Origin: an uncultured Lentisphaerales bacterium
GTDB lineage: Bacteria; Verrucomicrobiota; Lentisphaeria; JABSQK01; UBA12247
Reading direction: 5' to 3'
NCBI GenBank assembly: GCA_943788985.1
Contig: CALSSJ010000044.1
Span: 1 to 64,000 of the forward strand
DNA length: 64,000 nt
Shown: piece after piece, positions 43,923 to 55,568 of the stretch
Layout of the letters: every line of letters begins with the position of its first letter
How positions within the stretch are numbered: position 1 is the first letter of the stretch
Program-made: the position numbers and the translations under genes
Notes under the pieces: model-generated
What the model saw: the letters and a program-made list of their open reading frames with translations, nothing else
The model's database searches: none
What the model was told of the DNA's origin: nothing

Positions 43923-45400
43923 TCGTCAGCAAACTCCCAAGCATGACGTTCGCGCAGAGCTGGCACAGCGTTACCGCGCCCGGTGGCCTCCAGACGCTCT
44001 ACATATCGTTTCAGATGGCCACTCGCATGCAACGGGCCACCTTCCGCCATGACCTCCCACATCGGGTCTGAGCTACTCGGGCTGCTGGCCATCATGTCAT
44101 CATGCCAATCCAGTAGCCGGGAAGCGCCCTCACGACAGATCTCCGGATGCGCCTCCGCCAAGTCAAACTGCTCATGCGGATCGCTCTCAAGATTGTACAG
44201 CATCTCCTTCGGGAACAGGTGATAGCCGTCGTGATACGTACGCATGTACAGCCACGGCCCAAAGCGCACGCTTCGCTGGCAAACATGGGCACATTGGCTG
44301 ATCACCAGCTGGTCGCGCCCAGTCGCCTCGCCGTCTTGTATCGCAGCAGCAAAACTCTCGCCATCCCAGCGCGGGCGCGCCGCCACACCGGTCAGTTCTG
44401 CCAGTGTCGGGGCCAGGTCCACATTATAATGCAACCCCTCATTCACGCAGGCCTCTTCCATGCCGGGCCAGTGTACAATCAGCGGCACTCGGCAGGTGAT
44501 CGAGTCAGCCGTACCGTGCTCGCCGTAGATCCCAAGCTCGCCCTGGTTCTCACCATGATCAGCCGTCACGATCACCACCACATCATCCAGCCCGACTCCC
44601 TGGGCCTCCAGCCCTGCCAGGATCCGACCGACATGCTCGTCTGCCCAGTTCACACCGCAGTCATAGCCATCGATCATCCGCCGCAAATCTTCCATTGTCT
44701 GCAACTCACCCGGCTGCCTCGGAAACGCAGGGAGCTCATCTCCGTTGTACATGTTAATGTCCAACGCAGTGTGCGGTCCTGCCATCTTCTTATGGCCCTC
44801 AAGCACATCTTCCGTCAGCCATTCCGGGAGCGGGTCGTCCGCAAAAGGATTCCCTAACTCTTCTGGCGTTCGGTAGGGCGTATGCGGGTCCCAGTAGTTC
44901 ACGTAGAGAAACCAGTCATCATCTGCCGCATTGTCTGCGATCCACTTGAGCACAACTGGAGTGACTTCCTCTGCAGATTCCTGCCCGCCCTTTCCCGTGT
45001 TGTGCACTTCATTGAAGCCAGCGTAGAACGTCCAGCAGGTGTGACGTTCGGGAAAAGGGCTAACCAGCGTGGTTTTCATGCCCAGTTTACGAAAGATGGT
45101 AGGCAACGCATCCTCGTACAGCTCCGAGCGAAAGTTACGCCCCGGCCCTTCGAGGCGCATATCGGCCGCAGTGCCACCGTGCCCGACCACGCCAGTATGA
45201 ATCCCAAACCGGCCACTCATCAAGGCTGTACGAGAGGGCAAGCAGGGTGCATCTGAGCAGTAATAGTTCGTAAATCGAACTGCCCTCTCGGCAATTCGAT
45301 CAATGTTCGGTGAGGTATTTCGATGGTAGCCGTAGCACCCGAGATGATCGGGCCGAAGGCTATCAATGTCACACAGAAGTACGCGCATCTGGATCCTCAT
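43919..45400 (-). CDS. Formylglycine-dependent sulfatase
   Basis: DSLRPDH, CLPSRTALMSG, DPHTPY, ADHGE. Confidence 0.93.
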   Translation of the reverse strand: MRIQMRVLLCDIDSLRPDHLGCYGYHRNTSPNIDRIAERAVRFTNYYCSDAPCLPSRTALMSGRFGIHTGVVGHGGTAADMRLEGPGRNFRSELYEDALPTIFRKLGMKTTLVSPFPERHTCWTFYAGFNEVHNTGKGGQESAEEVTPVVLKWIADNAADDDWFLYVNYWDPHTPYRTPEELGNPFADDPLPEWLTEDVLEGHKKMAGPHTALDINMYNGDELPAFPRQPGELQTMEDLRRMIDGYDCGVNWADEHVGRILAGLEAQGVGLDDVVVIVTADHGENQGELGIYGEHGTADSITCRVPLIVHWPGMEEACVNEGLHYNVDLAPTLAELTGVAARPRWDGESFAAAIQDGEATGRDQLVISQCAHVCQRSVRFGPWLYMRTYHDGYHLFPKEMLYNLESDPHEQFDLAEAHPEICREGASRLLDWHDDMMASSPSSSDPMWEVMAEGGPLHASGHLKRYVERLEATGRGNAVPALRERHAWEFADE

Positions 45401-45427
45401 ACCCTTCAGGCCGCAAATGGAGGCTCT

Positions 45428-47464
45428 CTACTGTGAGGGCGGCGGCTGTTGACCAGCCGCTTCCCTCTTTTTCTGGGCAGCGCGCTCCCGCATCAGCCGC
45501 TGAAACTCTCTTGCCCGCTTGTTCCCGCTATTTTCTTCCTCAACTGTTTCGTCGACCTCGGGGCCCAGAAATTCTACCTCAACAGCAGCCTCAGTGTCCT
45601 CGGACGTGCCATCGATAGTCACTTCAACAATCTTAATTCTCCCGGTAGACTCGGGAAGCTCGAGTTTCTCCACACCGGAGATCACTGAGCTATGTCCCGC
45701 AGCTGGCATCTTGATAACCTCTCCCATCGTCTGCTCAGAATTCGGGAATTTCACCAACACTTTGGTCTCATAGCTCCCAGAGACGCGCTCTCTTGGAGTC
45801 AGTCGGTACTGCAGCCAGTACTCGACATCGGCAAGAGTCTTACCGTATTGGTCCAAAGAGACCAGCTCTTTCGACAGGCCAGTCACGCGGGCCGGACGGG
45901 GAGAACGGGATGAGCGATAGCGTGAGCGCGGCGGCAGTTCCTCCTCTTCAGGCGTCTTCGTCGCTTCGCGCGAACTCCCTGGTTGCCCAACCCGCAACAG
46001 GCGATACTTCAACGCGTAGTAGCTCTGATGATCTAGTGACTTCGCATTCCTCCAACTTGTGAAGCCGTAAACTCTGCGGTTGTCACCCTGCACGGCAGTG
46101 GGAAATGCGATATCATCAAACGCCATTTTGATGACGGTCTTTCTGGGCAGCTTGTCTCCGACCGAGTCTGCGGCCCTTGCGCCCTCAGGCGTCAACCAGC
46201 GATAGGCCCGATCAAACGATTCACGAGATGCGGCGAGCTGCTCACGCTCGAGCCGAGCAGTAGCAATGCTCTGCTGCTCAGCGTTTGCCGTATCGTCCTC
46301 TTGCTCGCGAGCGACACGGGCAACCTTCTTCTCCTCAAAAATCTGACGCTGGATCTCAATGGCGTATCGCTTCGCCAGGAGTGGTGCCTTGCCAAACTCA
46401 TTGCGAATTTTAGCCGTCGGCGGCCGAATGCTATCCTCATTCAAACGGAACATGTATGTAATCTCACTTGTGCGCACGGGCTCCAGCAGCGGAATTGTCG
46501 CCTGCGCATTTGCACCAGGGCAGTGAATCACCGTCTTTCCATCGCGATCCAGACTCTTCTGCGTCCCATCGCACTCGGGGCATGGCTTCGAGTTCGTGCG
46601 ACCTGGCGTAACATTTGTTGGCCGAGGCACCAGCAGCCAGCTCCCTACCTTGCTATCGAAACAGAAAATCTTCAGGCTCTTCGACAGCTTTGCGAGACTC
46701 CCTGGAACCTGCTCGCGCTTGAGCCGAAACCCGGCGCTCTTCCACTTTTCGCCACCATGAAACAGCTCTGAAGCTGCGACCACCTTGGAACCAATCAGCA
46801 GCATGAACTTCAGATTTTTGTCCGTGTTATTCACCAAGCGCGCCGAGAGATAGCTGCGGCTCGGATGATCGCGAATTTCCAACAGAATCGTACGGTCTCC
46901 CATGTGCTTCCGATAGCGGTACTCGCCATTGACCGCGAGCACTTGCCCAAAGAATTTCTCCGAGTACCCCGACTCGTGGATGAGCTTCTCCATCTCCACC
47001 GTCTCGCGACGGGCTCGTTTCTCAGCCAGCGATAGGCGCAACTCGTTCACCTCAAACGCAAGCCTTCCACGATTCATTCCGTAATAAAGGCGCTTCCAGT
47101 CAAGCTCATCGATGTCATCCTTCAGATAGGTCCGCTGGTCAATCCGTGCATACTTCTCCCGCTCAATCCCTTTAAAGACGCCACGAATGGTCTGAGTGCC
47201 CAGCCCCTTTCGCACCGTTACCACCACCATTTCGCCTACTGGAAACGGGGTATTCAGGCGCTTGACGAACTCCATATCCTGGCTGAACTCTTCATCCAGA
47301 ATTGCCTTGATTTGCTCTTTCGCGTCTCCCTTGAACTGCTCGTACGCTGCAATCCGCATGTCCACAGGCTCATTCGCGCACACAGTAAATATGCACAACA
47401 TCAGCAATTGCATCAGGTACTTCACACAGCTACCCTCGTATTCTATTCCGAATTTCGTTGTCAC
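45428..47464 (-). CDS. Hypothetical exported protein (paralogue of the upstream gene)
   Basis: 678-aa ORF with signal-like segment and a CPEC..C element. Confidence 0.75.
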   Translation of the reverse strand: MTTKFGIEYEGSCVKYLMQLLMLCIFTVCANEPVDMRIAAYEQFKGDAKEQIKAILDEEFSQDMEFVKRLNTPFPVGEMVVVTVRKGLGTQTIRGVFKGIEREKYARIDQRTYLKDDIDELDWKRLYYGMNRGRLAFEVNELRLSLAEKRARRETVEMEKLIHESGYSEKFFGQVLAVNGEYRYRKHMGDRTILLEIRDHPSRSYLSARLVNNTDKNLKFMLLIGSKVVAASELFHGGEKWKSAGFRLKREQVPGSLAKLSKSLKIFCFDSKVGSWLLVPRPTNVTPGRTNSKPCPECDGTQKSLDRDGKTVIHCPGANAQATIPLLEPVRTSEITYMFRLNEDSIRPPTAKIRNEFGKAPLLAKRYAIEIQRQIFEEKKVARVAREQEDDTANAEQQSIATARLEREQLAASRESFDRAYRWLTPEGARAADSVGDKLPRKTVIKMAFDDIAFPTAVQGDNRRVYGFTSWRNAKSLDHQSYYALKYRLLRVGQPGSSREATKTPEEEELPPRSRYRSSRSPRPARVTGLSKELVSLDQYGKTLADVEYWLQYRLTPRERVSGSYETKVLVKFPNSEQTMGEVIKMPAAGHSSVISGVEKLELPESTGRIKIVEVTIDGTSEDTEAAVEVEFLGPEVDETVEEENSGNKRAREFQRLMRERAAQKKREAAGQQPPPSQ

Positions 47465-48648
47465 TCTTCGAGGCCTTGCAGAATTCCAAAATTCAGCTCA
47501 ACAGGCTCGCCCTCTCTCTCCGTGTAATCGTCCGGGTAAATTTCGATCGGGACGATTTCGCCAAGTCCCTGCTCCTTCTCGGTCCTCGGCGCAAGGTCAC
47601 GCGCGGTGCGGAGCTCCGAAGCACGCTTGACGATGCGCTGGAGCATGGCAACCACCTCGTTTTGATAGGCGATGGCCTCCACTCGCGCAGCCTCATAGTT
47701 CGCCTCCGAAAGTGGCTTGGCCAGCGGCACGGTCTGCACAGCGCCCGGCCTGTCATGCTCGACGATACTGAAGCTCAACTTCGCTTGAATCGCATGACGC
47801 CCATTACTGTCCGCGTCACGCGGTGTAAAGCCCGGGTTAACCGCCAAGCGCCAATAGCCTGCCTCGGACTGGTAGCACCAGATCTCTACGTTCGCTAGAT
47901 CCTGTTCCGTGAAATCACCACCGAGATCGAGCGAAAGCGCCCGCATTGCCCCAGTCTTAGTCGAGACAACACTGATCGCTTTACGCCCAACCATTACGAT
48001 TGGGTTGAACTGCGCTGCGTTGGACATGGTCCCGGTGACAAAACGGCTTCCCGTCACACGTTGAAGCACCAGCGAAGCCTTTCCTTCCCCGAGATAGCTC
48101 CGCTCGCAGACACTGTCACCGGTTTGAATGTAGGTCGTGGCAAAAATATCCGGCTCCAACAGCCCGCGCTCTTCGAACGCGCGCCGCACAAGAAACCGGC
48201 TTCGCTTATCAACCTCAGCGTTGATCGCATCCGACCGATTCTGCAACTCCAACTCGCGATCCTCAGCCGTCTTAAAAAACGACCACTGCACATGCTCGCG
48301 CTCGGATTCCTCAATGTCCTGAATCAGTACCCGCTTATTGCTGACCTTGACATAGTCGTCACCGATCAGCCCATTCAGACGACCCGATATCGAGCGCGAC
48401 CCCATCACTAACCGAAAACGAACCTGCTGGCCAATCTCCAGCGGCGTTGCCAGCCGTTCCAATTGCTCCCTCTCTTGGGAAAATTCACGTTTCAGGTCCC
48501 GTTCTGCCTGTGTGGTGGCGTTGTGCTGGAACTCAAGCAGCCACTGGACTGAGAGCACACTATTCTGCCCACTCGACTGCACTGCCAAAAGAAAAGTTAG
48601 CCAAAGCGACAGGGTACACCAACGTCCATTGCTACACTTCGAAACCAT
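47461..48648 (-). CDS. Hypothetical exported protein
   Basis: 395-aa ORF, signal peptide, 4-nt overlap with the next gene. Confidence 0.75.
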   Translation of the reverse strand: MVSKCSNGRWCTLSLWLTFLLAVQSSGQNSVLSVQWLLEFQHNATTQAERDLKREFSQEREQLERLATPLEIGQQVRFRLVMGSRSISGRLNGLIGDDYVKVSNKRVLIQDIEESEREHVQWSFFKTAEDRELELQNRSDAINAEVDKRSRFLVRRAFEERGLLEPDIFATTYIQTGDSVCERSYLGEGKASLVLQRVTGSRFVTGTMSNAAQFNPIVMVGRKAISVVSTKTGAMRALSLDLGGDFTEQDLANVEIWCYQSEAGYWRLAVNPGFTPRDADSNGRHAIQAKLSFSIVEHDRPGAVQTVPLAKPLSEANYEAARVEAIAYQNEVVAMLQRIVKRASELRTARDLAPRTEKEQGLGEIVPIEIYPDDYTEREGEPVELNFGILQGLEE

Positions 48649-48710
48649 TCACGAATTCTCCGCATTTAAAACTACAGAACTGCGGTCTTACCATACTCCC
48701 AGCGCCCCAA

Positions 48711-49448
48711 TCACGCACATGGGTCTCGTAAGATCCGTACGAGGAGACGCGCGAAAAGTTGCGGTTGTTCCAAGTGCACGTTATGTCCCGCCTGTCCTAC
48801 TATCGCTGCCCGGACGCCCGCATGCGCCATCTCCAAGCTCTTTGCAATCTCTGCATACCGCGGATCCAGCGCGCCAGCAATCCACCACACCGGGCACCCT
48901 AAAAGCCCCAGATCCTGCTGCAAATCCCCCTGCCCGCCCAGACTGAATGCCCGTAGCGCGCGGGACAGTTCCTGCGCATTCCCCGTCGCCCTGCGCTGCA
49001 CCAAGTCAGCTCGCTGCACCACCACGCTCGCAAACAAATCCTGACCGTACCATTTTTGCAAGAACACATGTAACCCAAATTCGACCAATTCATCTGCCAG
49101 TGTCCGATCCGCCGCCAAACGCTCGGCGCGAACTGCGGGGTCCGCAATTCCAGGATTTGCGGACTCCGCAATCAGGCAGCGAAGGCCCTGTCCATCGTGA
49201 ACCGCCCAATCCAGCGCCAACCGACCGCCTAGCGAATAGCCCAGCACTGCGAATTCGGCGAGCCCCAGCGCCGCCACTGTCTCCGCGAACGCCGCGCGAA
49301 ACCAGGAAATCGAAGCATCTGCGGGGCAACTTGTCTGGCCATGTCCTGGCACAGTCAGGCAATAGGCATTCAATTCCGGCAGATCCCTGAGCAGCCGATC
49401 CCACTCTCCAGCGTCCCCCAGAAAGCCATGAACCAACAGCACCGGCAA
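48711..49448 (-). CDS. menH: SHCHC synthase (alpha/beta hydrolase)
   Basis: HGFLG, GYSLGGRLAL, ESANPG, R..R...D, AGHNVHLE. Confidence 0.85.
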   Translation of the reverse strand: MPVLLVHGFLGDAGEWDRLLRDLPELNAYCLTVPGHGQTSCPADASISWFRAAFAETVAALGLAEFAVLGYSLGGRLALDWAVHDGQGLRCLIAESANPGIADPAVRAERLAADRTLADELVEFGLHVFLQKWYGQDLFASVVVQRADLVQRRATGNAQELSRALRAFSLGGQGDLQQDLGLLGCPVWWIAGALDPRYAEIAKSLEMAHAGVRAAIVGQAGHNVHLEQPQLFARLLVRILRDPCA

Positions 49449-49493
49449 TCCCGTGCCCGGCCCGCCGCGTCACCTCCAACGGAGTTCGCCCGA

Positions 49494-51684
49494 TCATGCG
49501 TCTACGTCCACCTGGAGCACCACGCCCGTTGGTGTCGGATAGGCGCGCAGCGCCTGCCGCAGAAAACGGCTCGTCTGCACCACGCGATCCGTGATGATCA
49601 TCATCTCAAACCGGTATTGATTTCGCAGTCGAGCGACCGCACTGGGATATACCGGAGACACAGTCGCGGTGCCAACCAGCGGCTTGCCGATGTACTGGCG
49701 AAACTGCTCGCCCACCTGCTCAGCCTGTAACTCCTGTGGGCCCCGGATGTGAATCATAATCAGACGCTTTGTGGGCGGCAGTTGCAGCTGACGCCGGGCC
49801 TCGATCTCATGCTCGTAGAATCCCGTATAATCCTGTTTTCGTCCCGCCTCCAGCACCGGATGAAACGGCGTAAAGGTTTGCACGATCACCCGCCCCGGAA
49901 GATCTCCACGCCCAGCACGACCGGCCACCTGCACGATCAGCTGAAACGTTCGTTCCCCCGCCCGAAAATCCGTGAGATTCAAACTTAAATCAGCAAACAC
50001 AATGCCCACCAAAGTGACATTGGGGAAATGTAGGCCCTTGGCGATCATCTGCGTACCGATCAGAATATCGACCTCCCCAGCGCGAAAGGACGTGAGTGCC
50101 TTGCGATAGGAATCCTTTCCCGTCATCGTGTCCGAATCCATCCGCATCACTCGTGCATCCGGAAATGCACCGCGGGTCATCCGCTCCAGCTTCTGCGTCC
50201 CCAACCCGCCATAGCGTATCTCCTCCGAGCCACAGCCTGGGCACCGTACCGGCGGCGATCGCAAGGCACCGCAGAGATGGCAGATCAACCGCTGATTGTG
50301 CCGGTGATACGTATAGCTGCAACTGCAGTCATCGCATTCAGCCACGTAATCACACTGCATGCAGGTCAGACTACTGCTGTAACCCCGGCGGTTCAGAAAC
50401 AAAATCACCTGCTCGCAATCGTCCAACGCCTTATGAATCCCGGCGCGCAGAGACGGCGAGAAAAAGTCGATCTGCCCTGTTGCCGCAGACTGTGCCCCCA
50501 GGTCCACCACGGCGATAGTCGGCAGCTCCGCATCATCAACGCGCTCGCTCAAGACTGCCAGCCCATACTTTCCCAGCTGCGCGTTGTGGTAGGTCTCAAG
50601 CGCCGGCGTTGCCGTCCCCAAGACTACCGCAGCCTTTTCCATCTTAGCCCCGCACCACGGCCACATCGCGAGCCTGATAACGAGGTGCCTTCCCCTGCTT
50701 ATAGCTGGGCTCGTGCTCCTCATCCACAATGATCAGCCCCAGGCGGTGAAATGGCGCAAAGATCGCCGAACGCGTCCCGACCACGATGTCTACGTCACCA
50801 CGGTTGATCGCGCACCACTGCTCAAAGCGCTCGCCGTCACTCAGGCGGCTGTGCATGATACTGACACGCTCGCCAAACCGGCCCCGGAACCGCTCCACCG
50901 TCTGCGGCGTCAACGCAATCTCCGGCACCAGTACGATCGCCTGCCGCTCCTGCTCCAAACACACCGTGATCGCCTGCAGATACACCTCCGTTTTTCCGCT
51001 TCCCGTGATGCCAAACAGCAACGTAGGCTTCGGCTTCTCCGCCTTCAGCTCCACCAACACCTGGTCGTAGGCAACGCGTTGCTGATCAGTCAGCGTAAGC
51101 GGCTCAGTCTGCATATACTGCAAGGCCGAGAATGGGTCGCGAGAGACAGCCTCCTCGCGTATCTCGATCAGCTTCTTTTCTTCCAAACGCTTCAAGCTCG
51201 GGCGCCCAACCCGCGCTTCTCGGCACAACGATGAAACCGTCATCCGATGGCGCTGCACCAAGCGTTTTAATGCCTCCGCCTGTCGTGGCGCGGATTGCTC
51301 CAGCCTCTGCAGCTCGTCTGGCAGCTTCTCGTTCGCGCATAGCGTTACGATCTGCTGCATCTTCGGCTTCACCGATTGTGCCCGCACCGGTGCCGGCAAC
51401 AACGCCCGCATCGCCTGTTCCCGATTGCAGCAATAATAATCTGCCATCCACTCCCCCAGCCTCACCAGCGAGGCCGGAATCCGCTCCAGAACCGCCAGGA
51501 TTGGCGAGAGGTTTTTAGACGTGCTCGCCTCCTCCATGCCCACGACGTAGCCACGGCACTCGCGGCGATTGAAGATCACCTGCACCAAGGCTCCTACCGC
51601 GACCTGGCCCTCGAGCCCCTCCGGGATTCCATAGTCCCAATGGCGGTCCAGCGACACATCCACCAGGAGCTGCGCTACCTTCAT
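49494..51684 (-). CDS. priA: Primosomal protein N'; frameshift near 50645
   Basis: GITGSGKTEVY, VPEIALTPQ, DEEH, LNRRGY, Cys-rich region, QVAGRAGR. Confidence 0.95.
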
Positions 51685-51860
51685 TCGGCTAGCCCGGATA
51701 TTTCATGTGATTTGTCACGATAGGGCCGAAGGTGCGTGGAGTCAGCCAGTTACGGAAGTGAGTCTGATACGTTCGTGTCGAGACACGTCGAGGCCAGCGA
51801 GCAGCGTAGGTCGCTGAATTTGCATGCATTAGGATTTTGCAGAAGAATCTCATGAATGAT

Positions 51861-52292
51861 TCAGGCTAGGGACTCGCCCGTCAGCGTCACGACAATCCGA
51901 CGGCCGCCACCGCGAATGCGATGTTCGCACAAGTAAATGCCTTGCCAGGTCCCCAGCTGAAGCTTGCCGTTCCGAATCGGGATCGTCACCGACGGCCCCA
52001 GCAGAGATGCCTTGATATGAGCCGGCATGTCATCCGGCCCCTCATACCTATGCACAAAAAACGGCGTATCATCCGCCACAGCATGCCTAAAATATCGCTC
52101 GAAATCAGCGCGCACCGTCGGATCTGCATTCTCATTCAACGTCAACGCAGCCGAAGTATGCTGGATAAAGACATGCGCCAGCCCAATTGCGAACTCCGCA
52201 ATCTCCGGCACTTGACAGATCAGCTCGTCCGTCACCAGGTGAAACCCGCGGTCGCGACTCCGCAGCACGATCTGCCGTTGTGCCCAGCCCAT
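51861..52292 (-). CDS. yjbQ: YjbQ (UPF0047) family protein
   Basis: HTSA.LTLNENADP.VR, DDMPAHIK, LGTWQGIYLCEHR. Confidence 0.93.
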   Translation of the reverse strand: MGWAQRQIVLRSRDRGFHLVTDELICQVPEIAEFAIGLAHVFIQHTSAALTLNENADPTVRADFERYFRHAVADDTPFFVHRYEGPDDMPAHIKASLLGPSVTIPIRNGKLQLGTWQGIYLCEHRIRGGGRRIVVTLTGESLA

Positions 52293-53426
52293 CAGCGCAG
52301 CTTCAATGTGGCGATACCGATCGCCGCACACAGCAGTGCCACGATCCAGAACCGAATCACAATCTGCGTGTCAGCCCATTTATGATCACCACGATCCAGA
52401 TGGTGATGATACGGCGTGCAGCGAAACGGTCGATAATCCACCTTCAAAATTCGCCGCGAGAGCTGGCTGCAGATCACCTGCAGAATCACTGACATCGCCT
52501 CGATCACGAACACCCCGCCGACAACCACCAACAGCAGTTCCTGCTTCACCAGCACCGCGATCAGCCCCACGGCCCCGCCTAGCGCCAAGCTTCCCGTATC
52601 GCCCATGTACATGCTCGCCGGAAAACAATTGAACCACAGAAATCCCAACCCAGCGCCCATAATCGCTCCCACGATCACCACCACCTCACTAGCCCCAGCC
52701 ACATGCGGCACCAGCAAGTGTTCAGCAAACAGCCGATGCCCGCAGACGTAAGCAAACACACCGTACGCCGCCGTGCAGATCACCGTGCAGCCAATCGCTA
52801 ACCCATCCTTACCATCCGTCAAATTCACCGCATTCGAGGAGCCCGTCACCACGATCGCGCCAAAAATCACAGCCACCCAAAGTGGCATCGACCAGATTGG
52901 CTGCTTGAAGAACGGCATGTAGAGCTGCTGCACATGCGCCCCGGCCTCCGGCAACCGATCCAGCGCGTACACCGCCAGACAGCCGATCACCACCTGGGCC
53001 ACCAGCTTCCAACGGCCAGCCAGACCTGAAATATCCGCTTTATGTACCTTCAGAAAGTCATCTACAAAACCCACTACGCCCAGCGAAATCAGCAGGACCG
53101 CGAATACCGAGACCAGCCCGTTATCCCACCTTGCCCAGAGAAAGATCGAGTTTACCACCGCCATGATGATCAAGAGCCCACCCATCGTCGGCACCCCTTC
53201 ATCCAGATTCTCACGCCCGGGATCGCGGCCACGGCCAGTCGCGTTCAACATCTTGAGGAAGCGGACAAACCATGGACTACAGACCATCATGATCGCAAAC
53301 GCCATCGCCGCGGCCCCCGCTGCGCGAAATGTCACAAAGCGAAACAGCCGTAAAAAACTCAGCTCATCCACACCCGACAAAGGCCCGGCTGGGTCCGCAA
53401 AAAAAACTATACAAATAATAGAGCAC
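52292..53426 (-). CDS. mraY: Phospho-N-acetylmuramoyl-pentapeptide transferase; extra base in the A-run near 53400
   Basis: PTMGG, GFVDD, NAVNLTDG.DGLA, MGDTGSL, P.HHH; N-terminus MLYYLYS from GTG 53426. Confidence 0.94.
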
Positions 53427-53636
53427 GCGCCCCTCGCCTGTGGTGAACCGCGCACAACCGGCGCGCGTCGTAGTTTGCGAAGTTCGCGACCGAATGCAAA
53501 GCAAAACCGACAACCCCGACCGCGCGAGTGCAGTCTCCGCCGAACTGAACCGCAAACCCCCTCGCGGTCTTGCATTGACCACGAACAGGCCGTATTTGTA
53601 AAAGCTGTATAACTCCCTTTGAAAAGGATCCGGATT

Positions 53637-53822
53637 ATGGGCGGATTAGGCGAATATTGGGTCGTGTTGGTGATTGTCGTACTGCTCTTCGGTGCTGGTG
53701 CAATTCCAAAGTTGGCAAAGGCGGTCGGCCAAGCCAAGCAGGAATTCAAGAAAGGCATCGACGAAGGCACAGACGAAACAGCCGAGAGCGATGACAAGAG
53801 TAAGGGCACGCTGGACACGTGA
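53637..53822 (+). CDS. tatA: Twin-arginine translocase TatA
   Basis: TM helix, LLFG hinge, amphipathic helix ..EFKKG. Confidence 0.9.
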   Translation: MGGLGEYWVVLVIVVLLFGAGAIPKLAKAVGQAKQEFKKGIDEGTDETAESDDKSKGTLDT

Positions 53823-54767
53823 GCAACACCCGTGTCGGCGTCATCGGCGTGGGAGTTCTCGGGAACTTCCACGCAAAACTCTATCAGAACATTGACGACG
53901 CGGACTTGGTCGGGATCTACGACGCGAACCCGGAGCGAGCTGCCGAAATTGCAGCGGCTTACGGCTGCGCAGCGTTCGACGACATCACCACGCTCTGCCG
54001 CACCGCAGACGCAGTCAGCATCGCTGTGCCCACCGACCAACACTTTGACGTTGCCCAGAAGGCTCTCGCCGCTGGCAGCCATGTCCTCGTAGAAAAACCC
54101 ATTACCGCCACCACAGCCGAGGGCGAACGGCTAGTGCGCCAGGCCAAAGACCTCGGCCTTGTCCTCCAAGTTGGCCATGTCGAGCGCTTCAATCCCGTCA
54201 TCACCTACCTCGAGAAACACATCCAGCACCCGCGCTTCATCGAAGCGCATCGCCTGGCCTCCTTTCCGCCCGCCGCGTGTGGGGATGCTGCCGCGGGGCA
54301 CCGAAGTCGGGGTCGTCCTTGACCTCATGATTCACGACATCGACATCATCCTTCATTCTGGTCCGTAGCGAAGTCGTCCAGGTCGACACCGTCGGCATCC
54401 CCGTCCTTAGCAAGACCGAGGACATTGCCAATGCCCCGCCTCCAGTTCTCCTGCGGCTGCGTCGCCAATCTTACCGCGAGCCGGGTCAGCCAAGAACCAG
54501 TGCGCAAAATCCGCGTTTTCCAGGAGGACGGCTACCTGTCTCTCGACTACCAGGAACGGAAGGGGCGAGATGGCCATCCTCGGCCCCGCAGGCGTCACCC
54601 GCCAGGAAGTGCCCATACACGACCACAACGCCCTACTTCAGGAACTCGTCGATTTTGTCGCTGCCGTACGCAGTCCGGCCCCATCGTCCCTGCCGTCACC
54701 GGCCAGCACGGCCTCAACGCCCTGCGCATCGCCGAACAAATCACCCCGGCAGATCGCCGAAGCGTGA
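53819..54767 (+). CDS. Gfo/Idh/MocA oxidoreductase; several frameshifts
   Basis: GVG.LG, VEKP, VGHVERFNP, DLMIHDID, NLTASRVS. Confidence 0.88.
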
Positions 54768-55445
54768 GTCTGCAGGCTCTCCAGGACCAAGTCGTTGCCT
54801 GCCGCAAATGCCCGCGGCTCATCGCCTGGTGCGAACATGTCGCTAGCCACAAGCGCGCTGCCTACCGCCGACGACGACTACTGGGGTGGCCCTGTCCCCG
54901 GCTTCGGCGATTTAGCAGCCCGCGTCCTCATCGTCGGCCTCGCCCCTGGTGCCCACGGCGCCAACCGCACCGGCCGCATGTTCACCGGAGACCGCTCCGG
55001 CGACTGGCTCTACCGCTCCCTTCACCGTGCTGAGTTCGCAAACCAGCCACACTCCATCGATCGCAACGACGGACTCGTGCTCAGCGACGCCTTCATAACT
55101 GCTGGCGTGCGCTGCGCCCCGCCCGACAACAAGCCCACCACCGCGGAGCAAAACACCTGCCGCGCCTATCTGCAGCAAGAGCTCACCCTTATGCCCCAGC
55201 TTCGCGTCATCATCGCTCTTGGCGGGCTTGCCTGGAACAGCCTATTTCGAGCCCTTGCAGCCGTTGATCTTCACGACTCACCACGGCCCAAGTTTGGGCA
55301 CGGTGCCGAAGTCAGCGTTGGCCCCTATCTGGTCATTGGCTGCTATCATCCCAGCCAGCAAAACACCTTTACCGGTCGGCTTACCGAGCCTATGCTAGAC
55401 GCCGTTTTCCTTCGCGCCCGCGACATCATCCAGCCCCGCATTTGA
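54764..55445 (+). CDS. Uracil-DNA glycosylase family 5 (UdgB-like); frameshift near 54865
   Basis: CRKCPRL, PVPGFGD, GLAPGAHGANRTGRMFTGD, CAPPDNKP, YHPSQQNT. Confidence 0.92.
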
Positions 55446-55568
55446 GTCCAAGTCGCCCTGCCCTTCCCTACAGACCGCCCGATAAACCGGCTGGGACCGC
55501 AGGCAACTCGCCTGCATCTGCGTGCGTGGGGCGCGCTAGCCTTCCTCCCTACCGGAGTCCTCTTTTCT

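Noticed and set aside
51688..51853. Hammerhead-like RNA or 54-aa ORF between yjbQ and priA
   Set aside because: The CUGAnGA/GAAA core is incomplete; the small ORF has no clear SD or motif
52292..54082. 596-aa extended MraY from the ORF track
   Set aside because: The extension is antisense to tatA and the Gfo gene and arises from an extra base in the A-run; the real start is GTG 53426
10015..55445. DNA-repair island (ogt, nth, xth, priA, UDG)
   Set aside because: The genes are scattered among unrelated housekeeping genes with no shared promoter motif
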